A stretch of DNA of 64,000 bases from Chlorokybus atmophyticus. Its lineage: Eukaryota; Plantae; Mesostigma and Chlorokybus algae. A program made the position numbers and the translations under genes. Below, piece by piece: positions 53,201 to 64,000 of this stretch. The notes under the pieces were generated by a model that made no database searches, had not been told where the DNA came from, and saw nothing but the letters and a program-made list of their open reading frames with translations. Where the stretch lies: contig RHPI01003508.1 of the NCBI GenBank assembly GCA_009103225.1, positions 234,725 through 298,724 of the forward strand. The letters run 5' to 3'. Within the stretch, counting starts at the first letter, position 1. Every line of letters begins with the position of its first letter.

Positions 53201-56200
53201 GCCTCTCACCAGATGCTGTGGTACTAGTCGTAACACTGACTTATACTGCTGCTTGTACCGTCCATCACTACTAGTAGTAACACTGGTAGTAGCGGTACTA
53301 CTGTTACGACGAATAGTCCTGATCCTAGCAGTACTAGTTCTAGTATTACTAGCACTACAACGAGCCAGCGGACGTGCCGTGTGTTCCCCGCACTTGCGGA
53401 AGAGCTTTACAAGTGCAACTGCGCTTGCACACATATAACTCCCCCCNNNNNNNNNNNNNNNNNNNNNNNNNNNNNNNNNNNNNNNNNNNNNNNNNNNNNN
53501 NNNNNNNNNNNNNNNCCCCCCCCCCCCCCCCCCCCCCATCCCCTCTTTCCCCCCAACCGAACCCACACACACACACATCCTCTCTCTTTCTCTCAAACTC
53601 TCTGTCTTGATGTGTGCGTTCGTGCGCGCGTGGCAACTGCAGCGCTACGGCTACTAGCACTTCTCACAGATCTACTGCTAGTAGTAGCACCTGCACGCTT
53701 GCGAAGTGGCCAAGGCGAGCTGGTCCTCCAGGATTACGGCTGGATGGTGTCACAGAATCGTTGCGCAACAGACGCCCCAGCGACTCCTCCATGCCAAGTG
53801 ACCAGGAGCGCTTCTCATAAAGTTTGTGGGAAGACTTACTGCAGATGCGAACGATAGCAGAAAGGAACTGGCAGCCTGCATTTGGACGCTCTTTGCGTAT
53901 GATGCGACTCGAGTCGACAAGCACCATGCAGCATTGCTGTATGGTAGCCAGGCACACTGTAGCACAAAGTAACGTAGCAGTATATTGGCAGTGTGCTGGG
54001 TTTTCTGCAAATGCAAAGCGCAGAAGCTTGTCACCTCACGTGATGCGTATTGGCCTTGCTGAACGCTCTGTCTGCGCCACTATCTGTCGCAAAGGCAATG
54101 GGTTTGGGGCGAACTACAAGTGCACGTGGCAGGGCCGCAAGAAGTGCATCAATACCACATCAGGAAGCTATCCAGTGGTGGTGTCTGCCACCCCTATCAC
54201 TATGCAGTTGTTGAGTTCAGCGCCAGCCAGCAGCGTAAGCATTGACAAGGCTACACAAGGCTTCAAGCTATCAAAGTGATGTGGGCTCCTTGATGCATGG
54301 CGTGCATGCCATACCACAAGCACTTCAGTCAATCTGCCACAGCGGCACGCAAGACAGTTGGTACTTTGTCATCGCACACACGGAGTCATGCACGCAAGCA
54401 CGGACTTACAGTATGCAGCGCATGCACGTGCGTACAAATACACACGCACGTGCGCGCATGTACACGCGCACGCGTCCCACTAAGCATGCACATGCACGCG
54501 CACTGACAATAATGTGTGCTTGGCAATGATGCCTGGATGTGTTGCCAAAGAATCTTACATAATCTTCATCAATGGTGAGGTGGATGCCTTGTCCGTCGGA
54601 CACGCCGATGACAACGCTATCGCCATCATAGGCAGACTGGACCCACCGCAGCTCATCATCATCATTCAGTTGCGAAGCCACCAGACCCGAAGAGCGGATA
54701 TCCTGCGACTGCGAGGCGCTTGATGAATCAGCTACAGACACCCCTATACAACGCATACTGATATATGCATGCAGCGCACGCATGCACGCATTAACAAAAA
54801 CGTACGAGCTCATAGCCATACCAACTTACAATACACAGCTAATCCAAGCCAGAAACAACATGTCAATCTGCCTGGAGAAAACAGGTATACCAGAAGACGC
54901 GCACGAGGTCTTGAAGTCTGATGGCCATACAGGAAGTACACATAGCCCTTGTGTCTGCCATGACTGCACGCGTGAGGCCGACAGCTGTGTGTGCACTGGA
55001 AAAGACGTACTTACTGCACATAGGTGACCACACCTGAAGAACAGCAGCGCATCCGTTTGCTCATCGCGCACAGGTGACTCATGCAACCATTGCGGCCGCA
55101 TTCCCGCACGTGCCACGCGTGTCTGTCGCAAGGTGTCTGCCAGCATGCACTTAATGTACCCGCGCTTGCTCAGGGCGACGAAGCTGTTTTCAATGGTCAC
55201 TCCGTAAGCTCGCTGTCATCCCGAATGACAAGGACATTCTGCACTTTGGATCTTTTAGGTATGCTGTACTTCCACTTCAGCTTCAAAGCGTCTGACTTCG
55301 TGACCTGATCAAGTATTGATATGCACACGCACACGTGTGGATTAGAAACCACTGTTAAGCTCCATCAGCATCAATGCCCACTTGTAATATGCGTGTTACC
55401 TCCAGCACGTGGCTTTTCTTCCGACGACAGGCTGTTGAGGTTGTTTACTTTTGGAGTTCAAGTCCTTCAACTCTGCCTTTACCTTGCCAGCTTCAATTGA
55501 GGTAAGCTTGCGCAGGCGCATCATGAGCGCGTCCGCGACCTGTTGAGGGGTCAGATCAAAGCCTGCAATGCGAGCACATGTCAGTGAATGGCATGCGTTG
55601 CTGCGTAGTGTGTGCACATGCACAATGGAGTGTGTACATCTAAGTGTGGAGTGATTACACCTGTGTGTGTGTGTCGGTGCACTTGCGCACACGCATATCA
55701 ATACACGCGTGGGCGGGTGTGCATGTGCTTGTGCGTTAAATGGTTGCTATTCCATTCACAGTTTGCAGCTTCAACATTACCATCTGCAGTCGGACACTTG
55801 TCAACAGCTGTGTTACCAACCGTGTCAGTAATACAGTTGTCAAACATGATTTTTGTAGCGCCAGCGCACACAACACAGCAATGCTGCAGTCAGCTCAACT
55901 GTGTTGGCAGGTATTCGCATGCAGCTACACAGAACCACTGCTGAGCAGTACTGGCAGCGTTACAACTCACAGCGGCTGTCTGATTTGGATAGCTTTCACC
56001 ATTTACTCAAAACCCCTGCCAGCTGGTCATGTGCATGTGTGTGCGCAGGTGTGCATGGCTTTTGGAATCAGCGCAGCCGTATGCAAAGCACCTGGGGCAA
56101 CAGGCACGTCAATGTGCGCCGATGGTTTTGCCTCCAAGTTTGCTGCAGCATGCGGCGGTGCATTTAGTTGACCTTAGCGCACTGCATAACCTCCCACACA

Positions 56201-56700
56201 CGTGCGCCCAAGCACTTAGTCACACGCACATGCACATGCACATGAACATGCACGTGCGTGACTCGCGTCTATGTACAGGGCAACAGGGCACTAAGTGCAC
56301 ACTCACTGCCCAGTTTGTGGCAGACACTGAGCCCCACACACTCCCTCCCCCGCCCCACCTCACCTGCCTCACACCCCCTATTGTAGCCCAGCACAATGAG
56401 CCGCCACTCATCTCTGCACGCAGTGCAGCACTCCTCGCTGCACCACGAACACGAGACCAAGACAGCTTAATGGCCGCGATGCACAGTGCTACATGGCAGC
56501 TTGCATTGCAGCTGTGGCACACCTGCAGTGAGAGTTAGCGGATCTATGCGAGTGGACTTGCTCAGATACAGGCACAAGGTGCCTTGTCTGCTGCTGCCAA
56601 GGCAGCTTGTGGTCAAAAGTTAGGGCAGGCAAAAACACTGTGGCACAGAATGCGAGCAGACACCAAGGTCTACTGCAAGCGGACAGAGGCTCCCAAGCAT
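50220..56700. repeat. Local tandem duplication 2, copy A
   Basis: Co-linear similarity: 50230-50630 with 56730-57115, 52385-52960 with 61375-61990, 52960-53400 with 62290-62720, 53690-54240 with 62990-63520. Confidence 0.8.
52930..56000 (-). pseudogene. gyrA: DNA gyrase subunit A (organellar type) pseudogene, C-terminal half
   Basis: FDLTPQQVADALMMRLRKLTSIEAGKVKAELKDL; VALSKRGYIKCMLADT...TDALLFF; IRSSGLVASQLNDDDELRWVQSAYDGDSVVIGVSDGQGIHL...VRFFGNTSR (beta-pinwheel blades). Stops and frameshifts, with introns retained. Confidence 0.8.
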
Positions 56701-59176
56701 ATACAGCCAAAGCCAAACTACTACCACTCAACGGCAACAACTGAACCAAGCCACAAGCATGCCCACAGGCATGCACAAACCACCCACCCAACGCAACAGA
56801 AGGGTGCGTGACCATACACGCTTGGTCCAAAGCAATTGATGTTAGCTTGACACCAAACTAAGCGTTGCCCATGTGATATGAGTCAGTGAGTTGATACAAG
56901 CAGCGCCTCCATCTTGTCCTGCAGCTAACCCCCTCCTCAACCAGCTTGTGCTTCCCATGCACACAGCCGCCTCTTACCCACTTTGCGTGCCTCCATCCTT
57001 GAAAGCGCTGCGGCCCCCAAGCTGTGCATGCCAGCAACTGGCCACCGACCCACGCCAAGTTGTGACGCAACGCCCCACACTGCCCACTCTCGCACACTGC
57101 CGCAGCGCAAGCAGCTTCTAACTTAGGGTTTGTATTCACTTCTGGGGACGGTTATAGGTTGCAAGCGATTTGCTCCTACAGGTACCGGTAGTCATGAGTC
57201 ATGATGCGATAATAACCCAATTATACCGCACACCATGACGCTCAACCCGGGAGGCAGACGCGGTTTGGCACAGCGTATTTTTAGCTGCGCAGCTAGGACA
57301 GACAATACGGTATTGCCAATACCTAGGTAGGCTGTGAAGTTCACAGCGCAGGCAGACGAATCCATGTTTGTGTTTTCGTGTTTTCGTAAATTGTAAAAGT
57401 TGAATGCAAATGCAGCAAATTATCAATCTGTGCATTGTATGCTGCAAGTGCAACTGACAAACCTAACTATTTAGCTATATACCCATATAAAACAATACAA
57501 CTTGTTTAAAGTTACATAGTTGTTAATAAATCTATCTATTATTTGTTGCAATCTGAGCGTGGATGTTAATATCCACGTATATACAAGAAAGTTAAGCGCA
57601 GTTTGTGACATAATAAATACAACATGTATACTTCAGCAGCAAGGCTGTGGTTTCAATTCACTGTTAAGAATGTGATATGATATATATTTAGTATAGCTCG
57701 TGTTGTTTACGCGTGTAGACTGTTTTTATAATTTTTCACCTTCTCATCATATCATAACCAACTCATCCCATTGAGAGAGGCGACACCCAAGCAACCGAAA
57801 TCAAATGTTCTCGATTTATTTTATTCATTTAAAACATGAGCTGTTTTGGTAATGTTCAAGGCGGGGCGTGCCATGCTTAATACTCATTGCTAATTGTGTA
57901 CGTGTGCTGGCACAGTAGCATACCTATTTTATACATTTAAAGTACAGGCCGGCAAGCGGGGGCTGTCCTTGGTTTGTTATGCAACTTAAACTTGATTTAG
58001 TGATGATATAATAAGGTTGCAATGCATCCATCTTGTTGCTGATGAATGTATCGGCTAGCATGACTTGCTAGCATCACCCTCAAAATGTGTTATAAATGGC
58101 AAGAGAAACTTTGCACGTACACTCTACGTATTAATAGCTTTGGTTGCATCGATAACATGTTATCGAATAAACAACATTCATCACTAATGAAGGCACCAAG
58201 CATTGCATCTGTGGGAAATATTGTCAAATGATGCTTACTTTCATATACTGGTGAAATACATGACTTATGAAGAATGTCTTGCTGTGTGAAACTTTTGTAG
58301 CTAAAGTTTAACAAGCTTGTCATATGCCACAGATAACGGCCGACAGATGTGGTTACCGTGGCTTGCGTGGTTATCACGTAAACAAGGGCTGTTAATTACA
58401 AACTTGGGACCAAGTCTCAGGCAATCGCACCCACACGCACAGCGCCGCGGAGGCGGGAAGAGGGGGGGGGGGGGNNNNNNNNNNNNNNNNNNNNNNNNNN
58501 NNNNNNNNNNNNNNNNNNNNNNNNNNNNNNNNNNNNNNNNNNNNNNNNNNNNNNNNNNNNNNNNNNNNNNNNNNNNNNNNNNNNNNNNNNNNNNNNNNNN
58601 NNNNNNNNNNNNNNNNNNNNNNNNNNNNNNNNNNNNNNNNNNNNNNNNNNNNNNNNNNNNNNNNNNNNNNNNNNNNNNNNNNNNNNNNNNNNNNNNNNNN
58701 NNNNNNNNNNNNNNNNNNNNNNNNNNNNNNNNNNNNNNNNNNNNNNNNNNNNNNNNNNNNNNNNNNNNNNNNNNNNNNNNNNNNNNNNNNNNNNNNNNNN
58801 NNNNNNNNNNNNNNNNNNNNNNNNNNNNNNNNNNNNNNNNNNNNNNNNNNNNNNNNNNNNNNNNNNNNNNNNNNNNNNNNNNNNNNNNNNNNNNNNNNNN
58901 NNNNNNNNNNNNNNNNNNNNNNNNNNNNNNNNNNNNNNNNNNNNNNNNNNNNNNNNNNNNNNNNNNNNNNNNNNNNNNNNNNNNNNNNNNNNNNNNNNNN
59001 NNNNNNNNNNNNNNNNNNNNNNNNNNNNNNNNNNNNNNNNNNNNNNNNNNNNNNNNNNNNNNNNNNNNNNNNNNNNNNNNNNNNNNNNNNNNNNNNNNNN
59101 NNNNNNNNNNNNNNNNNNNNNNNNNNNNNNNNNNNNNNNNNNNNNNNNNNNNNNNNNNNNNNNNNNNNNNNNNNNN

Positions 59177-61100
59177 CACAAAGTGATGCATGACATCAAT
59201 GTGCTTCGTCCTTGCCGAGGCGATAGGGTGCTTCAACAACTTGATGGCTCCTTGGTTGTCACAGTTGATGACGATGCACGCCATGGGGTGCTCCAAGTCT
59301 GCCATGAGCTTGCGAAGCCAGAGTGCCTCCTTCACTGCTGCTGCCGCTGCCATGTACTCAGCCTCTGATGTAAATGCTGCTGTTGTTGGCTGCAGCCTAC
59401 TGATCCAGCTCACCACGCCTCCGTTCAGCTTGAAGACGTAGCCTGTAGTGGACCTCCTGCTATTGAGGTCACCAGCAAAATCCGAGTTGCAATAGCCCTC
59501 CAACTCAGTGCTCCCGCTCCCAAACTTGATGCCAACTGTTGCGCTCCCAGCAACATAGCGTAGTACTCCCTTTGCTGCTCTCCAGTGCTCGGTGCAGACA
59601 TGTAGCGAGCAAGTACTCCCACAGCATGTGCAACATCAGGACGTGTGCACACTGCCAGATAGAGCATGCTGCCTACTAGCTCACCATATGGATACCGAGC
59701 CTTGTCGAGTACCTCCTCATCTTTTCCTAGATGAGGGCAGTGCCAAGTGCCAACGGTGTGGTCTTGGTCTTCGCTTCAGTGAGCTCGAGCTTGGTGACGA
59801 GTCTGCTCACCATCTGCTCCTGACTGATCTTAATTGTGGTGTAGCCCTGTCGCGCTCAATCACCATGCCAAGGAACCACTTGGCCTCTCCAAGATCACGA
59901 ACTGAGAATGCTTGCTGTAGAGCAAGTTTTGTCTCCTGCAGGTGGTGCACCTGCCTAACGGTGATGAGAGTATCATCCACATATACGAGCAGCCAGACCT
60001 TGTTGTGTATATGGAAGAAGAGCCCAGGGTCCGCAAAGGATGCGGTGAAGCCAAGTGCCTCCTCCTCCTAGGTGAGCTTGATGTGCCACATACGCGGTGC
60101 TGTCCAGCCCGTACGGTGCCTTGATCAACTTGCACGCTGTGCCTCTCTTCCCCTCTTTATTATGTGGTGGTTGCTCGATGAAGATCTCCTCCTTCATCTT
60201 TTCATAAAAGAAGGCAGTCTTCACGTCGAGGTGATGCAACTCTAGGTCCTCAGCAGCAACCACAGCTAGCAGTGCACGGAAGGTGGTATGCTTACTTGCA
60301 GATGCAAACACTTCGTTGAAGTCCACACCTTCCTGCTGCAAGAAGCCCTTTGCCACAATGCGCATAGGGCCACAGACATCCATGTGCACAAGCTTGCAAG
60401 GATGCTGACTGCTAGGAGAGGATGATGGGAATGGCATAGCATGCTGCTTTGCAACCAGGCATGGTTCACAAAGTGCACCTGATGCATTTTTGAGTTCTTC
60501 TGTGCTGAGATGGATGCCCTTGACCATCTTCTCAGCGGCAAGGCAAGTGAGGTTGACGTAGCTTAGATGCCCAAACCTTCAATGCCACAATGTTGGCAAC
60601 TCCTGTTGTCCTTCACCACCATGGCTTGAATGTCAATGTCCTGAGGGTGCTGCTCCACATGGTAGAGCCCTCCCGGATCAGCGATTCCAACCATGTGCAC
60701 GACCCCATACAGGATGACTGTGCAGCCACCCTTCCGGAACACTATTTCTGCTCCCAAGCGCTTAGCAACTCTTACAAGGAACAGACTCGCAACAGCCTTT
60801 GGCACATGCAAAACTTTGCGTAACAACACCTCGCGTAGTGTGTTACCAACCTTGCACTGGAGTCGTACATTGCCAACTCCCTCAGCCACCAGTACTTCGC
60901 CACCGAAGCCTGCTACCTTCGTTGTAGACGTCAGCTTCTTGTAGCTCTCCATTACCTCTTTGTTTGGTGTGAGATGACGATCGCAGCCAGAGTCCACCAC
61001 TCAGAAAGCTGTGCCCGCCCTCGAACTGGATGCAGTGAAGGCAACATGTTTCTCCTTGTGTTGGTGCTCGTTGCCGCTGTTGCTGGTGCTTGCTCTAGGG
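59177..61100 (-). mobile_element. Decayed Ty1/copia retrotransposon: protease, GAG-pre-integrase, RT, RNase H; internally deleted
   Basis: *VVDSGCDRHLT; CEPCLVAKQ...LVHMDVCGPM; VAKGFLQQEGVDFNEVFA, LDVKTAF, IYVDDTLI; YCNSDFAGDLNSRRSTTGYVF, EAEYMA, CDNQGAI, RTKHIDVMHHFV, running into the N gap. Confidence 0.93.
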
Positions 61101-62229
61101 GGGGGTATATACTATGATATGGTTGTGCGTGGCTCCGAGTGGCGGTGTGGTTCTGTGTGTGTGCGAGAAGCGTGGGGGCATGCGTGTGTTGGTGACTCAG
61201 TCAGTGCTGAGCATGTGTACACCCGTGTGGTCGTGTTGCAGTACTGGCAATGCAGACCGTCTCCTTGTGACAAGGATAAAACATTAGGCTACAATTGCAG
61301 TTGTTGCTTCATTAGCAAGCCACCACCGCTCTCCAACTTGTGCCGCCAGCTAAAACCACCCCTGCTATGGCATCAATGCGATGCATCACTTATTAAGACC
61401 GCGTGGGCCAGTGTGTTTATACGTATGCGTGGTGCATTTGTGTTGTGCAGCAAGGATGCCTGCACAATTCTGTGTTGTGTATGCGACTCCTAGGACTACC
61501 TCACTTCTATTATAACCAGGATTGCCTCACCTGGGAGGTGAGCGTTGGTGCGGCTGTGGTGCACCTCGCTGTGCACAACAGATATTGTGAGTTTGCCTAT
61601 ATGCCCAGGTGCAACAGACTTACACAATTTGCATGTGCACGCCACCCATTGCGGCATGTATGCGTACAAGGTCACCATGTACACATACAATGCTTCCCTT
61701 CAGTAAAGGAAAGCATTCTTTAGCGTGCGTGTCAGAAGCATTGGTAAGGTGCGACAAAATAGGCAGCTTACACAGTCGCACCGTCCACGAGGCTCAGACC
61801 ATCCGCAACGGCTGACTATCCGTCTCGCTTGTACAGTTACAGTACTAATGTAAGTGTACAAGCGTAGTACGTCGCTGTTGGTTGGGCTGAGTACAGACGC
61901 ATGCGTGCACACGCACAAACGGGCAATTGAGGTGGAGCGTTCGCAGGACCACCAATCAAGTCAAGCTTGGTTTGATGATCAAATGCTTTAATGGCGGCCG
62001 AAGCCGCATGGTGTTGGCAGGTGGTGACCTCGCAGTCGAATCCAACCCCAACCAGTGTGACCATGTGACGCGGGCAAGAAGGGGCTCAGGTTACAACCAG
62101 TGATGGGTGCTTGGTGAATATCTGCCAACCCACTTGTCAGGAGTCACGCTATTGCACTGCACGTGTGGTGCACGCTGAAGTGCGCTATTTTCGGCATGAG
62201 CGGCTGCGGGGTGGCTTTTCACCAAAGCA

Positions 62230-63250
62230 GTTCAACACATGCAGAACTTGACAGTGCTCTCCTTGCTTTGCGCGCTGCGACTTCCATATCTGATGCTGTC
62301 TTTCAAACGGTTGCATTCGTCCTTTGTGGGTCAAAATGGCGAGGTCATGGTTTCCACCTTCGTTGAACGCGCAACTGCAATCTGCGGAGGACAAGGCCGT
62401 GGCGATAATGCCGAGTTGCAGTCGGTTGGGCATCATCCATTTGCAGGTCAGGAAGAGAGAGCTCCTTGCCCCTACACTGATGTTGCACAAAACATGTTGA
62501 TAACGACGGCAGCCCCTTGCAGGATGCAGTACTACTGGTTGTGGTACTGCATTGAACTACGACCAGTACTGACCATCACTAGCAGTGGTACTAGTAGTAG
62601 AGCCACCAAAACTGCCACTACTAGTAGTAGTACTGGTAGTAGCGGTACTACTGATGCTCGTAGCACTACTACAGGCCGTCCGTACTACGGGCCGCCGAGT
62701 GCGCAGTGTGTTCCCTGCTTGTGGACGCGCTCCACACCAGTGCCGGAAGCGCAGCCCCCCCCCCCCCGGCCCCTTTCCTCTCTAGGGCGCTCTTTTTCTC
62801 TAGCTTTTCTGTCATGGTGCATGCATGCATGCATGTGTATGTGCCTGCGTGCATGCCTGTGTATGTGCGTGTTGGGAGGGGGGATGGGTGTATGACTGTG
62901 CACGGACATGGAGGAGGTGAAGCGTCTATGTGCACGCACGGTTGGTTGGAGAGAATGCACTGCTACGCGAAACGCTTCTCACAGTTGTATTCCTAATAGT
63001 GGTACCTGCACACCTGCGAGGTGGCCAAAGCGAGCTGGTCTTTGAGCATCTCCGCAATGGTGGCCCCCAATCGTAGCTGAACAGACTTACAACAACTCCT
63101 TGCCAAGCCACTAGGAGTGCTTGTCAGGAAGCTTGCGGGAGGACTTGGTGCAAATGTCATGAATGGCGGAAAGCAACTAGCAGCCTGCGCTGTGACTCTT
63201 ATCATATTTGTATACGATGCAAGCACTATGCAGCATTGCTGATATGGGTG
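62230..63250 (-). pseudogene. gyrA: Second degenerate copy of gyrA C-terminal exons
   Basis: Homologous to 52930-53960; HDLAILTHKGRMQPFERQHQIWKSQRAKQG resembles a pinwheel blade. Confidence 0.55.
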
Positions 63251-63624
63251 CTGACATGGGAGCTAAACAAACTGTAGCAGTAAGCACCCTAGCAGCTATT
63301 GTAGCAGTGCGCTCTATGCAAATGCAACGCACAGCAGCTTGTCACCGTGCGGACTGTGTACTGGCCTTTTTTCAAACGCTGTGTTTGCGCCATCTATCAC
63401 TTGCAGAGGCAATGGGTATTGGGCCAAGCGCAAGTGGCAAGGTCTCTAGAAGCTGATTATTCACACATCCGGAACCTATTCAGTATGGTGTCTGCCATAC
63501 CTATCCCGTGCTAAGCAGATGCTGTTGAAGGACTAGCATACACATGTAGTTGAGGCAAGCATAGACACACAGAGACAGAGCTACCGCCACCAGAGCATAC
63601 ACAAGTCACATCACATTCATCTAT

Positions 63625-63915
63625 TACAAGTTGTCCGCTGGTTCTTATACCAGCCAGTAACACACACGTCTACGTTTGCAAGCACTGCGTAAGCTATACT
63701 CCGCTTTTTTCCGCGCTCTAAGCTGCGTTGTCTTTCTTACAACTAGAGCTTTCCAACAAGCTCTTACACGCCTAATATGAGTAAGTATACGCGGAGATAC
63801 GAAGCAGTTAGCTGGAGTCCGGAGTCTGGTCCGACGACGCCATCTTGCTAAGTCCGGACCTAGTGCTCGTCCTTACGACCTTATACTCCTGTGTGGAGGG
63901 TCGATGCTGATCGTA
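63625..63915 (-). repeat. Second copy of the dispersed LTR-like repeat
   Basis: Reverse complement matches 10895-11175 in ordered blocks. Confidence 0.75.
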
Positions 63916-64000
63916 TGTAGGAATACTCTCAACACTCCCACGCGAGCAGCTTGACCTCCAACGCTTGCTCCTGTAGTCAAACACAGATGCCAAGTCCTGC

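Larger units (their letters stand above)
56720..63620. repeat. Local tandem duplication 2, copy B, interrupted by the copia element and an N gap
   Basis: Same co-linear blocks as copy A; ends where the dispersed LTR-like repeat begins at ~63625. Confidence 0.8.

Overview
Intron-rich eukaryotic nuclear DNA, most consistent with a green-lineage alga (inference from plastid-type FtsH, a PP2C-kinase of the plant type, organellar gyrA remnants and short GT-AG introns). Six apparently intact spliced host genes: a secreted beta-propeller-like protein (+), Rpn13/ADRM1 (-), a PP2C-Ser/Thr kinase-C2H2 fusion (+), an FtsH-family AAA protein lacking the second Zn-ligand His (-), an EndoU ribonuclease (+) and a secreted bicupin (-). 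Accessory regions hold a full-length PIF/Harbinger transposon, a decayed Ty3/gypsy element, a 519-bp TRIM inserted in that element, a CACTA-like non-autonomous element, LINE ORF1 remnants, an internally deleted Ty1/copia element and two old local duplications, one carrying gyrA pseudogene fragments. Best novelty candidates: (1) the TRIM, whose 5' LTR end plus internal sequence form a tRNA-type Pol III A-box/B-box promoter, and (2) an extra ~130-aa domain between gag and protease of the gypsy element that resembles a degenerate Dam-like N6-adenine methyltransferase. All homology calls are from motif recognition by eye; no database search was run, and exon boundaries are approximate. Four N gaps hide sequence.
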